Positions 29,509-44,360 are shown, counted from the stretch's first letter. The stretch is DNA of 64,000 nucleotides from Adineta vaga (GCA_021613535.1 CP075493.1:5332001-5396000), one strand, 5' to 3'. Made by a program: numbers and translations. Notes: generated by a model not told the origin, from the letters alone.

Positions 29509-30979
29509 TTATTCTTTTCTGCTTAGTGCTTTTGTCTTTTTTATTGGTTTCCTTTTCTTGATATTTAAACGAGCACTAATTTGTTCAAATGATTCTTCAG
29601 TTAATGTCACATTAATTAATGTAAACAATTTATAAAAAACCAATTCATGTAAATTGTATCTTGTCGTATTGATTCCATCTTGATTGTAATCGTATTTTGA
29701 ATAAAGTATATCATGTCGATGGGGATTGGCTTTTCCTGATGTATGATTGTATGTTCGAATCATTTTATAACGAGCAATTTCAATCGGATAACGTGTAATC
29801 GATTTTTTCAATTTTTTCGTAACACGTAAGTACATATCATCATCTTCACCACCCCAACCCCAATAAACAGTCGGATAACCATTAGCACCAGTGATATCCG
29901 ATAAACTAAATGCTGTTACACCACCAAATAAAGTTGAATAGAGTAATTTATAATTGAATTTATCAACTGCAACTGACCTAAAAAGCAAATTACGAGATGA
30001 GTTCTGTGTGCCACTAAACTGAATTGGAAGTATCATGAAAAGACTTTCAGCTTACAATTTTATTCATATAGAACAATGAAAAGCAAAGTTGTCGTTACGA
30101 AATCAGTACATTTAGTTTCTTAACTAATTAGAACGAACTATTTCTTCGACAAATAGCTCTAGGCAAAACATTCGTCTCAATCAGATATGATTAAACTGAG
30201 AAATTTATTACTAAGAATTTTGAATTACTCGTTTCCTTCACTTACATATGTCTTGGTTTATCTCCACATTTATAAACATTTCTTAAATCTTCTGGCAAAA
30301 GATCAACATCATGAAAAATAAAACAATCAAATGAATATAATTTCATCGCTTCAATAAAACCAACATTAAAAAGAGCAGCTCGATTGAATTGTTCTTGTCC
30401 ATGTTGATTAACAACAAATATTGTATAATCTAATTGTTGTTTTTGAAGAAATGAATGAATATTATCGAGAAATAATTTCAAATGAAATTCACGATTTCTA
30501 TAACATATAATTAAAGCTAAGCGTTGTTCTGTTCGACATGTTTTCGGAAACCAATGACCACCAGAATCAATATCTTTATGATGTTCTTCAATAATATCAA
30601 AAGAATAAATTGTTTTGTCAACTGTTACTTTGTATAAAGATGAATCATTATTTGAGATCGAAAAATTACAAATCGGATAAGAATTATAAATATTTGGATC
30701 TGGTCGAGTTAAATTAATTGAAATTGCATATGAAGCTCTAGCAAATGAAGGCTGTTTTGTTTGTATAGATGTGCTTGATATAGGAGAAGATTGTTTTTCT
30801 TCTTGTAGAATTGTTGAATTATGGACGGATATTTTTCCAATATCTGACGTTAGTTCATATGAACTTATTGTTTGATTCTTTTTTATTTGTAATGTAATGA
30901 TGTAGTAAAGTGCTTGTAGAAAAACAATTGAACATATGAATAAAAATACCGTACGTCGGTTGTGAAACATTGAGAACAT
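29509..30979 (-). CDS. GT7 beta-1,4-galactosyl/N-acetylgalactosaminyltransferase, two coding exons
   Basis: N-terminal TM, FNRAALFNVG, FHDVDLLP, PRHM-SVAVDKF across intron 29978-30245, LFGGV and YWGWGGEDDD. Confidence 0.93.
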
Positions 30980-33900
30980 CGATTGATAATTAACAGCTGC
31001 ATGTAAACTGTAAATTAGATCATTGCTGAGAGCGAAAAAAACCCGTATCTTAAAATAAAAAAAAAGTAACAAAGAAAGGAAGAAAAAATAGTTTCCTATT
31101 TGCAAAAGTTGTTGTCACAAAGAAATATGAGTGAAAATTATTCTATCGGTTACTCTTTTTCTAATAAATAACCAATAAAAATCGATTCAACAGTAGCATA
31201 TTTTCTTTGGCTATAGAGAAGAAATCGAATGGTTAGACGAGACCGAAATAAACAGAATTCTATCATAGCCAGAAGAAGAAAACTAAATGTCGAGAATCAT
31301 GATCGCTTTTAACATAATCAATCATGGTTCATTACAATGATCGAGAAAGGAATGGCGGTTTTTTTTTGCTTGAAAGATAAGTGTCAAATCACATGGTGAT
31401 ACTATTCTTTGTAATTTTTATAAAGCTCAATCGATCGTCAACATTGAAGTTTGGCATAAAAAGCACATGTGGTAAGCACATAACGATATCTCGTATAACA
31501 AAGTCAATATTTAATTTCACCATGCAGTTTATATACATACCGCTAATATGCAAATCCTTCAATAATATTCTAAGCACCAAGAAAAATAATCGTTCTACTT
31601 ACCTTTTCTTTTTTTTCTATTCCTATGAGTAAGTTTAATGAATCGTCTTGTCCACACTTATTTTCTAACAAAGAAAAGCCGGAATAGGAAACACGTCGTG
31701 CCTTAAAAGAAATCTTTTGAGGCTTGAATTATCCTTTTAGCTTTTATCTAATTCGATACGACGATGATCATACACTAAGTTTTAGTAGTATGACTGGCAA
31801 TAAAGATTGACTTTTTACAAGAATTCCTATTCTTATAGCAGTTGATTTAGTTTTGGGACAACAATCTCGAAAAATCTAAACATGATAAGAAGTTAAAAGG
31901 AATGGAAACAATTATCACAACATGAAGAAATAAATTCTAAAAAGAATAATTATATACTCGTGTCATAGATTTCAAAAAAGAATTTACAAAAGATACATGA
32001 ATATCGAAAGAAAAGCTAGAGCATGAAATGAACAATCAAAGCTAATTTCGAAAGTGAATACTGAACTAATTGGACACACTTTTACACTGCCCTAAATTAA
32101 AAATATAGCTATCATATGATTTAATCTAATAGCATGTTTCATCTGTCTAATATTTACAATAACAAGAAAAAAAACAAGACCAAGCGTTGAACTTATAGAA
32201 AATAATAACGAAAATAAAAATGCTCAATTCCCTCTGTAATAGCTTTATTTTTCGTGTTCAAAACAATCGTATCTTGGTAACTCGATTGATATTTTTTAAT
32301 ACTTATTTGTTAAGAGGTTCTCGATAAAACAAGAGCTCTTAGAGAATCAATCTAATAACATTGTATTTGTTGAGCATTTTAGACTTGATCAATCTTCATC
32401 GCATGACGAATTTTGTAATCATATTTGTTCGCGATCTTAAAAATAAAAGATTTATTCAGTTATTTATTATGATAAACATGATATGCTTTATATCTATTCA
32501 TTTTATTCGATAATTACTACGCAGATTCTAAAGTAATGTCTGTATTCAATCATCGATATACGTAACTATCGTGGAACAAAGAAAGAAATGTACGGTTGTA
32601 AGAAGGACAAGTTATTTTTTCTGCAGACGATGCTTTACAGATGACGCTAGAAATCGATTCAATAGAAAAATGTCCATTTTGGTTTGAAAACAATAAAGAT
32701 TAGATTTAAAGTTGTTTCTTTGTAGGAAACCATCATCTCTTCAATTATGTTTTTAACCATTTTCTAAAAATCAAAAAGAACTAAATAATAAAATATTATT
32801 TTATTTTGGTGTTAAATCCATCAAATACTCCTAAACCCCTATATCTAGTTCTCACTAAGAATTAGTTTATATATTTAAGTGTTAAAATCCCACACACTTC
32901 ATCCCTTCATATGAAAGAAAAAGCAATCGGTCAATATACGAAAATTCCTTTGTAATTCAACATGCACTTTCAAACTTAAAGTAAGATTAAATTCATATCA
33001 AGCGAAATCGAATACTAAAAAATAGAAGAATCGTTTGCGAACGATAAGAGATGGGCGGCTGACGGATTGATCAGTTATACAACTAAGAGAACTATATTTA
33101 TGTTAAAGACTTAAGCGAAAATGTGAGATTTATTCGAATATCATCGATAACAAATTTTTTCACTCGTGAGTCAAATTCGATTTTTTGAGAAAAGATTGAC
33201 TTTTGTTTTAATAGAGAAAAAAAGACTTGATAGCTTTCGCCATATCTTAATAGAGATGAAAAAAGTACTTCTATCATTCAATCAATGCGATAGAAAACGG
33301 AAAAATACAAACTAGAAATTTTCATCGAAACAAATGTCTCCGATGATTTGTTTCACCATTAACTTATCGATTCAATTTTATATTATTGACATTAAATATC
33401 TGTTTCGTTCTTTCACTATCAGATTTGCCGCTGGTTATTCGCACTTACGTTAGTTTAACAATGAAGTAAATGTTGGCATTACCTGACAGAATGATGCATG
33501 TACAAATCGATTTAAAGATTCAATCACTAAAATCTTTGAAAAAGATGATTATTATTTCGTCGCATATAGAAAGTTCACACATATAATCAAATAACTATTT
33601 AAATATATCTACAACTAAGAAATGATTCAGAAATATTTGAAATTTGTTTTCTTTCAAAAGCCATTACACATTCTCTAACTAGCATCATTTATATGACTTC
33701 TTTGTCGTTCTGATCGAATACTCTCTTTCTATAGATTCAATGCTTTTCTTTTCTCATAGTAACCATACACAACTTACCTGACAATTTCTTCTTCGTTTTT
33801 TTCTCATATCGACATTGATTTATTTTTCTACGTTCTTTTGTCTAAAACAGTTTATAGTGTTACTTGCAATGTATTACTCATTCAGCTATATAGCCTTGTT

Positions 33901-34848
33901 CATATCAAACTTTATTACATTCGTATAGGATGAAAATCAAAAGCTGTAGTATTTTCTGAGTTTTATTAACAATACCGTTATAACGTATGACAACTTCTCG
34001 TGATTCTATTTTGATAAGTACGTAAAAACCGTTTTTTGTCTTCTTTATTAAATAGATGTCGATTGATTCAAGCTAAGTATGTATGCAAGAAAAGGACAAA
34101 CTTCAACAAGGAATGAGAATATTTGATTTAAATCTTTCAGAGGAGAAACGTAAGTAAATTTAGAACACAAATATGACACTGACGCCAATAAATATAGAAG
34201 AGTAAAAGAACAACTATAATATGTCTCTGTTTGAGAAAAAGTTACACAACTCTTGTTGAATAAAATATGCTGATGTTTCTTTTATGTCTATAAAATGCAT
34301 GCTACCATCAAAACGTATTGAAATCACTCTTACAAAGAATCTTTGCGCTTTCACTAGAGGATCTCATTGCATACGATATGTAGTTTACTAATCAAAACTG
34401 AGAAAACTATATCTTTTTCTTGACTCTTACACTGTACAAAACATAATTTCAGATTCTTTAATATATGATGTAAGTAAATACAATCGAGAGTAGTTTTTTT
34501 TCTTCGTTCTGTCATTGTTATACATGAAAATAGCGCATATCTATCTGCCCTCGAGAAAAAACTTTTAAGTAAAATAAAGCGAGTGCAGATGAAGTTCTTT
34601 TGTAATACAAAACATATTTTATTCTCAGTCATCTTTCTGTAAAAAGAAAAGTAAACTCTGTGACGTATTTATTATTCTACCAACGAACACATAGTTATCT
34701 GTAATGTCGCCGGCGAAATCTAATATTCGTTTAAAGCATATCATGTGAATTTCGTTTTTCTATCGTTTAGTAATCATTAACAAAAGAGCCAACTACTTAC
34801 ATTTAGATTGTCTTTCTTGTAGATGATATGTAAATTGTTTCAATAGAC

Positions 34849-36845
34849 ATGTTTGTTTATCGAGATGAAATCGATGGATTACGATCAATTGCAGTAATTC
34901 CTGTCATATTGTATCATGCAGGTTTTACCAAGTATTTCTCTGGTGGTTATGTTGGTGTTGATATCTTTTTTGTTATTAGTGGCTATTTGATTACTTCAGT
35001 AATTGATCAAGAATGTGAAGAAAATAGATTTTCTCTAATTCATTTTTATGAACGACGATGTCGTCGAATACTACCAGCATTATTTTACATCTTATTTCTC
35101 AGTAGCTTTTTTGCTTTTAAATATATGTTACCTGGTCAATTGAAAGAATTTGGTGAAACTCTCATCTCCATCATATGTCTCAGTTCAAATGTTTATTTCT
35201 GGTGGAAAGATGATGGTTATTTTACAGAAATAAGCGAATTAAATCCCTTAATACATACATGGAGTTTAGCTGTTGAAGAACAATTCTATTTTATATTTCC
35301 GCTTTTATGTTATCTATTTGGTAATAAACGATTCTACTTAATACTGATATTAATTTGTTCTGCTGTACTAAGTTTATTATTGAGTCAATGGGGTGGAAAT
35401 CTACAATATATGACAATGAATCAATTTCAAATGTTTTCTCAACCACGCTATGCATCATTTTATCTGCCAACAGGCCGTATTTGGGAACTTTTATGCGGTG
35501 CTTTCATTGCTTTCTATCTTCGTAATAATGATTCCGCTAAGTATAATTTTCATAGATCAATTTCTCGGAATTATTTATAATTTTCTATTCTAGAAAATTT
35601 TCACGTCGAATTAATGAACTTTTTTCATTAGCTGGTCTTTTATTAATCATTAGTTCCGTAGTATTTCTTGATAGCCATCAAATTCCTCCTTTTCCAAATT
35701 TTTATACCGTATTTCCCGTATTTGGTGCATCATTAGTTATATTATTTGCTGAAAAAAACACGATTGTCGGTTATCTATTGAGTATTCGTTTGTTTCGATG
35801 GATTGGTTTAATATCATACAGTGCGTATCTTTGGCATCAACCATTATTTGCATTTCTTCGTCTACAATCAATTTCTACACCACAACTATTTACTATTATC
35901 ATTGTCGTTAGTCTTGTCTTTCCATTAAGTGTATTCAGTTATCTTTTTATTGAACAACCATTTCGTGATAAGAAACATTTTTCTCGAAAACAAATTTTTG
36001 CATTATCTAGTTTATCGTTTGCAATTACATTAATTCTTGCAATGTATTGTATTCAAACGGCAAATGCTCGCTCAATGATAGTCAACAAAGGCGATGATAG
36101 TTATCTGTCAGATTTGAAAAAATATGGCAATTGGGAATATGTTGTACGAGATTTTGATATTTTAGTAAGAAAGAAAACATTTTCAAATCAAACAAAATCA
36201 GCAGGAAAAAAGAGAATAATATTAATTGGTGATAGTTTTGCACAAGATGTTTATAATATGATTATTGAAGGGAAACATTTGATTAATTATGAAATTCGTG
36301 TAAATTTCATTTATTCACGTTGTCAAATTTATCTTGGTTCAGAAGATCGAAAGAAATTTATTGAACGACAACATCATCAAACATGTACAAATGCAAATGA
36401 TATTAAATACACTTTACCATTGATTCGTCAAGCAAATGTTATTATGTTAGCAAGTAATTGGTATGAATGGAGTGCACAACGATTGCCAACAACATTGAAA
36501 TTATTGAATTTAACACAGCAACAACATATATTTGTTATTGGTTCCAAACATTTCGGAAAAGTCAATCCAGCATTATATGTAAATAGATCCACTGAATATC
36601 GAATAAAACAATATCAATATCCCAAAATTGAAATTGTCAAAGTAAATAATTTGTTGGAGAAAACAATCGATAAAAATATCTTTGTTAATGTAATGAAAAT
36701 GACTTGTACTGGATATAATTTCACATGTCCATTATTTACTCGTGACGGAAAATTAATCTCACATGATGGAGCACATTTGACGAAATATGGAGCTGGATAT
36801 GTAGGAAATATTATTTTTAAAAATAAACCATTAAATAAACTGTAA
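34849..36845 (+). CDS. Bacterial-type OafA/OatA O-acyltransferase (acyltransferase-3 + SGNH) with one spliceosomal intron
   Basis: YRDEIDGLRSIAV, GGYVGVDIFFVISGYLIT, FYERRCRRILPA, HTWSLAVEEQFY, IGLISYSAYLWHQP; SGNH motifs IGDSFA and DGAHLT. A 53-bp GT-AG intron 35541-35593 joins the two ORFs in frame. Confidence 0.92.
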
Positions 36846-37449
36846 CATAAGATCAAACATATCGTGCCTACCAGCAAATATTCAGTAAGAAAAGAGAAAT
36901 GGTAAACTACTTGTCATGTGCATTTCACTCCGTTAAATAATCATATGATGACAATGAATATTTTATTAATATGCCGAAACGAAAGTTCTGTATCTAACTG
37001 ACAAACATTAAATAGTGGATATACATTCAAGTGGCTTTGGTTGTTTATTAAATTATGCACAAATTTTTCTTATTGTAAAAGACTGTTTCACATCGAACAA
37101 AACATAGCAAAAACCTTTCTTTAATTTATATAGCATGTCGTATTATAGTACAGTATTGTTGGCCTCGATAATAAATTTGTCAATAGATATAAACAGACGT
37201 AGATTAATATTCATCGTATTTATTCACTATATGTATACGTGGTATATGTCATTTCAACTAATCAATAAACGCAAAGCCTTCAACTGTTCAAACTCTGAAT
37301 TCATCTTAGATATTGACCCGCTAAATTATATTTATAATTAACATGTAATACTATGTTGAGAATTATGATGGAACGAAACTATCACTATAAGATTTTAGAT
37401 AAAAGGAAACGAGCTGATTAGTTCCTAGTGCGATTGATAAAACTTCATT

Positions 37450-38491
37450 TTCGAGAAGTATAATTATACACATGATATTAGTCATTGTTCGAATAAGTCG
37501 ATTTGATGCGGTCATCAGGATCAAGATACATATGAGAGAAGGTACAAGGCAGAGTGCAGATCCGAACGTACAAATCAGACGATGTGGTTGTCTAATGACA
37601 ACGAACAAACCATCGACGATCATGCAACCAGAAACGAGATCTAAATGTATCGAGAATTTGATCAATATGTTTCTCATTACTTTCATCGCCTTCAAGTATA
37701 AATTCCATTAGAAATCGTAGTATTTTTAGTTTTGGTAAGTAATCAGCAATCGATTCTTCCCAATCCAATCCATCAATAATCCGTTCTTCAGTTGTAATAG
37801 TAAGTTTACATAGATTAGACATATTTTCCAGAAATCTAGTTAACCCATAGGTGACATCCCTCAATGTCAAATTTAATACTTCCATCGAAGATGTTGCCTC
37901 ATGTGATAATGATGGTAGAGGATGACCTCGAGGTAAAGTTAGAGCGAGATATTCCAAAGAATATGAAATTTCTGTTGGAGTTTTTAATTGGTCAAATTTG
38001 ATACGATTGTTTAAAATACAACGTTTTAAGTAAGGAATATACCAAATCTTGTGAAAATAGGAAGATTTGAATCTACACGCAGTAATTTCCAGATGTATAA
38101 GACAAGAAAGACGGTCCAGTCTATAAATCGTCCTATCCATTATTTTAAAGGAGAAGAATATGCGAAATAATCGAAGTGTTTGTAAATGAATGAATCGATT
38201 AACAGTCAAATTATTAGCACGGAGACATATGGTTTGTCTTATATTTTTACAAGTATCAGAAAGATACAGTGATGTAATTCTATTAGTTAAGAATGGAAGA
38301 TGTTGCTGGAAAACAATGTCAAGATCAGTTTTTGAGCCAGATTGAAAATTGAGATTATTGGATTGAAAATGAAGAAAAACTAACTTATCAAAACGTGAAT
38401 TCAGTTTATGAAATGCACAGATGAGATGAACGCCATTAAAATATAAGAATAAATCGAGTAATAATTCGTTGGGCAATGATTCTAACTGCAT
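37450..38491 (-). pseudogene. F-box-like/LRR-like protein with a premature stop
   Basis: MQLESLPNELLLDLFLYF...AFHKLNSRFDKL N-terminus and LxxLxL repeats. TAG at 37592-37594 follows RWFVRCH, and protein-like sequence (ICTLPCTFS...IKSTYSNND) continues to further stops. Confidence 0.6.
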
Positions 38492-39110
38492 CGGTTTAAA
38501 TACCAATTATGATGTGATAAAACGTATGACAACAGAATAAGTAAGATGTTTATTGGTTCGTTTTATGAGTATTTATCAGTGTATATATGGATTCACTTCG
38601 TTGATCTTAATACATTTACTCATTTCACACTTCCTAACGCATTGAACTCATATATGCATTATTTACATATTATGACGCAATGTTAGTAATACTCGTTACC
38701 TTATTTTCATGATATTATCACATTTAAATTTGATATTCAGCATATAAAATATTTACAAATCGTATAAAAACCAAACCAATTTCATTACATCAGATCAGTG
38801 TTACTAACAAATATAAATGCTGACATATCATACTCTTATTGGAATTAGATTTGGTATACTAAATTACATTAGTACTCTTGTATCATCTGTAACGAAAAAT
38901 TGCTAAAGGACTAACTGCGAAAAGATATCTAAAGACATCCTGATTCGATATAAGTAAATAAAATTTGCCATTTATTCGTATATTTCAATCGACATATATC
39001 GATTTTGATTGGTTTTTTATTCTTAAATAAAATAAAATAAAAAAGAACAAAAGTGTTCATAAGAAACAATAATATTTTTTAAGTCATATAATCACAAAAA
39101 AAAAACAATT

Positions 39111-40623
39111 TTAATCAATATCAAGAACAAATCTTTGAACTCTATTATTGCCCCAATCAACTACATAGAGATGACCATGCTGATCTAAAGCTAGTCCATC
39201 TGGATAATTGAATTGATCTGGTTGTTTACCTTGACCATTACCACCAACAACAATCGTACCTTCTCGAGACGATTCTGACCAACGCATAATACGATCATTA
39301 CCAGAATCAGCTACGTAAATATTACCTAGATGATCGACAAGAAGTCCTTGAGGATGTGATAACTGCGATAACGTATTTCCTTCACCATGTCCACCTGCTA
39401 CGACAACTCCTTCTTTAGCACCTTTCATCCATTTCATCACTCGATTATTATTTGCATCCGAAACATAAACAGAATATTCTTCATCAACAAAAATATAACC
39501 AGGCGAATTTAATTGATTGAGATCATCACCTTTACCATTTCCACCTGCAACAACTGTTCCATTTGTATCACCTTTTGTCCAACGTCTCACTTCATTCTTC
39601 TCCCAATCTGAAACATAAAGATCACCATTATTATCCATTGTTAGACGAGAGCAAGCAACATGAGAAATAATTGTTTGTTGATTTTTGCCATGACGACGTG
39701 GCCATCGTACTACGCGTCGATTTCCATAATCACAAATAATAAATGAATCATTCTTTTTATCAAGAATTACGTCAGTGGGAAGATTAAGTTGATCTTTTCG
39801 TGTACCTCTTCCATTACCACCAGCAACAACTTGACCGTAGTATGCACCATGTTTCCATTTAACAACCCGATCATTTCCATAGTCAGCAACATATATCATT
39901 TGATCTTCATCATCAATATAGATACCATAAGGCCAATAGAGTTGATTCGACTGACTACCTTCACCATATCCTCCAGCAATTGTTGATCCATTATGTTTCC
40001 ATTTGGTATTATTATTAATACTTTTCGAAGAACTCACACAATCTAAGTAAAATAGAATTTTATTTTTAATTGAATATTTAATAGAATAGCTGACAAAAGA
40101 GCTTACCAGTTGATAACGCAACAGAAACTTTGTAAATAAGGGGTGTCGAATCTTGTTGAAATGAAAAATTAGATAGTTTATCAAGTTCTTCGGCTAATTT
40201 TTTTAATTTGTCATTAAATTGATGTAAATCAATTTCATTAAAATCATTTTCTTGTCGAATATCTCGAAGTTCATCCGTTAATTTATTCAAATTAAGTTCA
40301 ATTTGATTAAAATGTTCATTTCTATGTTCGATTAACAATTGTCGACATTCATTAGCCGTTTGTTGAATAATTTTAATTGAATCTAATTCCCATGTATTAA
40401 TTTGTTTTACTAATAAATGTACTTGTGGATGATTCATTTGTTCATTGAGTGTTTGTCGAAAGACATCACGATTTAATTGAATATGATCTAACTGTTTATT
40501 TAATTCTTGTCGATGATCAGTTAGATGATCGTAGCAGAATAATTGTAGACATCCCTCACATCTAACAGTACGTTTTTCTTTATCACATGTAATACATCGA
40601 GTTTTATTATTCCCTGCTGCCAT
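39111..40623 (-). CDS. B-box-like/coiled-coil + NHL-repeat protein, copy 1
   Basis: Exon 1 has CxxC...CxxC...C..H...H plus a coiled coil; intron 40043-40106; exon 2 has NHL blades (VAGGNGxG...L..P.G...YVAD..N.RV). Confidence 0.9.
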
Positions 40624-41608
40624 CGAAGAAAGATGTTGGAATGATGGTTGATGGTGTCGGGTATGAATTGCAAATGGAGAAAAATAGACACTAGAAAGAT
40701 TTTATAGTTTTTTGCAAACACAAAAATAACAAGATGACTCAATGTCATCAAATATGATAGGGAGAGGAGAAATGTACAGTAATGTATTCATTCATTGAAT
40801 CGCTTTTGTCGGCCTTTTGATCAAGGATGATATTCACATAGACGACGATTCCTTGTCTTTCCTTGTATTTTTTCAATGAACAGAAAATTGAATCTTTCCT
40901 CCTATCGATACAATGTACTATCGTTTGACAACAGAACGAACCAATCTATGTAACAGTATAAGTAATGATTATTTTCTCGTGTATCAGTTATGAAGAAGAC
41001 GACTGTTACGTAAGGACAAATGATTTTTTTCTGATATATACACATGTTAGTTTGCGAATGGGCAATTCGTTGATAGACAAGGACTTGTTTTTGGTTGGCA
41101 AATCCTTGGATATAAATTGAAGTGAAGAGTTTGTCTAGTCAAAAATTTTTTTTTGTTTTATATATTGCTTCGAATATGTTGCGTGAATACATCGAGTACG
41201 AATGAGTAGAATCGTCTACTATCAAGTCTGTGTGTAGCATAAAGAAACTGGATACACATTAATTTCATATCCATGAATCTTTGACCTTTGTTGAAGGTGA
41301 ATTGTCAGACTAACTTAATATCGCACTCTACAAAAATTAAACAGACATATAGCTCAGTTAATATGTGCATACATTCTAGTTCGATTAGATTATGTTAATA
41401 TGATGATGACCTTTTCGTAAGGTCACAAAAAAGGTTCTCAATCGGGTTCAATGACTTGAATGAATAAAATTTTCTTTATTGATTATCGTCTCTTTGACTT
41501 TATTATATATAATTTTTGTAATAATTAAATTAAATTAGTAAGCGATATAAAAAAACGTAAAACCAAATGAACTCTTCCATTAGAAGTCACTTGATCACAA
41601 TAAAAACT

Positions 41609-43263
41609 TTAATTTTCGTCAAGATCAAATTTCTGTACTTGATGATTGCCTCTATTAACAACATAAAGATTTCCATGATGATCCATAGATAAACCTGTTG
41701 GACCGTTCAGTTGATCGGGTTGTGTACCTTGACCATTACCTCCAACAACAATCTGACCTTTAGTTGCACTAGGTGACCAACGCATGATACGATGATTATA
41801 AAAGTCAGCAACATAAATATTACCCAAATAATCAACAAGTACTCCCATAGGACAAGATAATTGTGAAAGACTATTTCCTTGACCTTGTCCACCTGCAACA
41901 ACAATACCTTCTTTAGCACCTTTCATCCATTTTACTACGCGATGGTTTAAAGTATCCGAAACATAAACAGAATAATCTTCATCAACAAAAATATAACTTG
42001 GATAATTTAATTGATTAAGATTATCACCTTCTCCGTTACCACCAGCGACTAAAACGCCATTTGTATCACCTTCTTTCCATCGTCTTACTTCATTCTTTAC
42101 TAAATCTGAAACATAAATATCACCATTGTAATCCATTGCTAAACCACAGCAATCAATATTGAAAATAATTGTTTGTAGATCTGCTTGATTTCGACGAGAC
42201 CATCTTACTACACGACTATTTCCCCAGTCACAAATAATTAAAGAATCATCGGTTTTATCCACAATCACATTTGTTGGTCGATCCAATTGATCCATTCGAT
42301 TTCCTTGACCATTACCACCAGCAGCAACTTCACCAATTGTTTCACCACATTTCCATTCCATAAGACGATGATTACCAAGATCAGCTATGTAAACCATTTG
42401 ATTATCTTCACCGCATACAAAAACTCCTCGAGGATCATACAATTGATTTAACTGATGTCCCGGATTATTTGCTCCGGCTATAACACTTCCATTTTGTTTC
42501 CACCTGGAATTATTATGAAGATTCAAGTAAGATATATCAGTTTCTGAAAAACAAAAAGAACTGATATTTGATAGTCAAATATCACAACACATGAACAAAG
42601 AAAACAGCGTTTGATTAATGATAATTTATGCATTTACTGTTCTCATAAAATTTATTAACGCAAATAAAGAATCGAAAAGTGACTAATTTTTTTATTGAAA
42701 ATATCTGAAAACAAGATCTCTATGATTTTTCAGTTCATTGACTTACCCGTAGATACTACAACCGCGATTTTATTTATAAATGCAGATGAATCTTTTTGAA
42801 TCGAAATATGTGATGGTTTACTAAGTGCTTGTTGTAGTTGCTTTAATTTTTCATTGAATTGTCTTAAATCAATTTCATTAAAATCATTTTCTCGTCGAAT
42901 ATTTCTCAATTGCTCAGTTAATTTTTCTAAATTGATTTTAATATTATTTGAATGATCAGTTTTATGTTGAAGTAATGCTTGTCGACATTCCAATGCTGTT
43001 TGTTGAATTTTAGCGACTGAATCGATTTCCCATTTATTAATTTGTTTCGTTAATAAGATTATTTGAGGATGATTGATTTGTTCATTGAGTGCTCGTTGAA
43101 AACGATCATAATTTAATTGTATGAAATCTAATTGTTTATTTAATTCTTGTCGATGATCTGTTAAATGATCATAACAATATATTTGAAGACAACCTTCACA
43201 ACGAACTGTACGTCTTTCTTTATCACAGGTAAAACAACGACTTTTACCCTGTTCGTGTTCCAT
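41609..43263 (-). CDS. B-box-like/coiled-coil + NHL-repeat protein, copy 2
   Basis: Same two-exon layout; intron 42544-42746. Confidence 0.9.
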
Positions 43264-44360
43264 TCAGATGAAATGTGTGAATAGTAATTTGTATAAATGG
43301 AGAGTGTAGAAAATAATGGTGATATAGAAGTTTTTTATTTTATTATTTTGCAAACACGAAAATAACAAGATCAGCCAATGTTAACAAAGTTTAGACATGG
43401 ACGAAAAAAAAAGCACTTTTCTTGATCGAGTCGGCACTGTTGTCCTTTGGATCAAGGATGATATCGATGGAACAGACAAGTAACATCCTTTAATTTTATT
43501 TCTTCAATGAACATGAGATCGAATCTACTCTTGTATTGATGACGTTGTATTATAACAGAACGAGACAAATGATACGGTAAATGACAGTTAGGTTTTTTCT
43601 CTTCTCCTATCAGAGCATACCGATGGAAGGACAAAAGATTCTTTTTGTGATATAGCAGCTGACGGCCAAGCAAGTCATTGATAATCAACGAGCTGTTTTT
43701 GATTCTATGATCATTGTTTTTTACAGACAAAAATGGCATGAATTCAAAGTATACCAGTTTTTTTACAAGTAGATGTGTAAATTTCTTTTTTAATCATGTC
43801 ATCTAATAGTTTCAATTTTTCCCTACATGATCGAATTATAATTTAAACATTTGCATATTGATATTGAAGTACTGATTGAAAAGTACATGTTTCAGGGATA
43901 TTTTGTGACTAGAAATAAATTATTTCTATTCGATGCATGCATATTCGTATTACATTAGAAAATCGCGAATGAATCGTCTAAGAATGTTATCGAGTGCATC
44001 TTAGTCAACTACAGTTATAATTACCCTTTCACAGTTATTCGTTGTTCGACTCTTTCTTCTTAATTACTATAGTCATGCATCATGGATTTCTTTCTTCTCT
44101 ATTAGATATCCATAGAGTAGATTTTTTTTCTCCTCTTCTTGGTTCATATGTTATAGAGAAAGAGTCTAAAATAATGAGTACAATCGAATATGATCCATAT
44201 ATCAAGAATTTGAACATTTTTTAGATAAGTTTGCTATTTCACAAGAATGCTGTTTTGCATTTTTATCCATATATATTTTTGAGTAAATATAAAAAAAAGG
44301 AAGTGAGCAAACAACAATATTCATCAAAAATCATTTAATCAAAAAAACGAAAAACAATGT

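Noticed and set aside
34849-36845. Bacterial contamination as the source of the OafA-like gene
   Set aside because: It has a spliceosomal intron and host-like composition, and is contiguous with metazoan genes.
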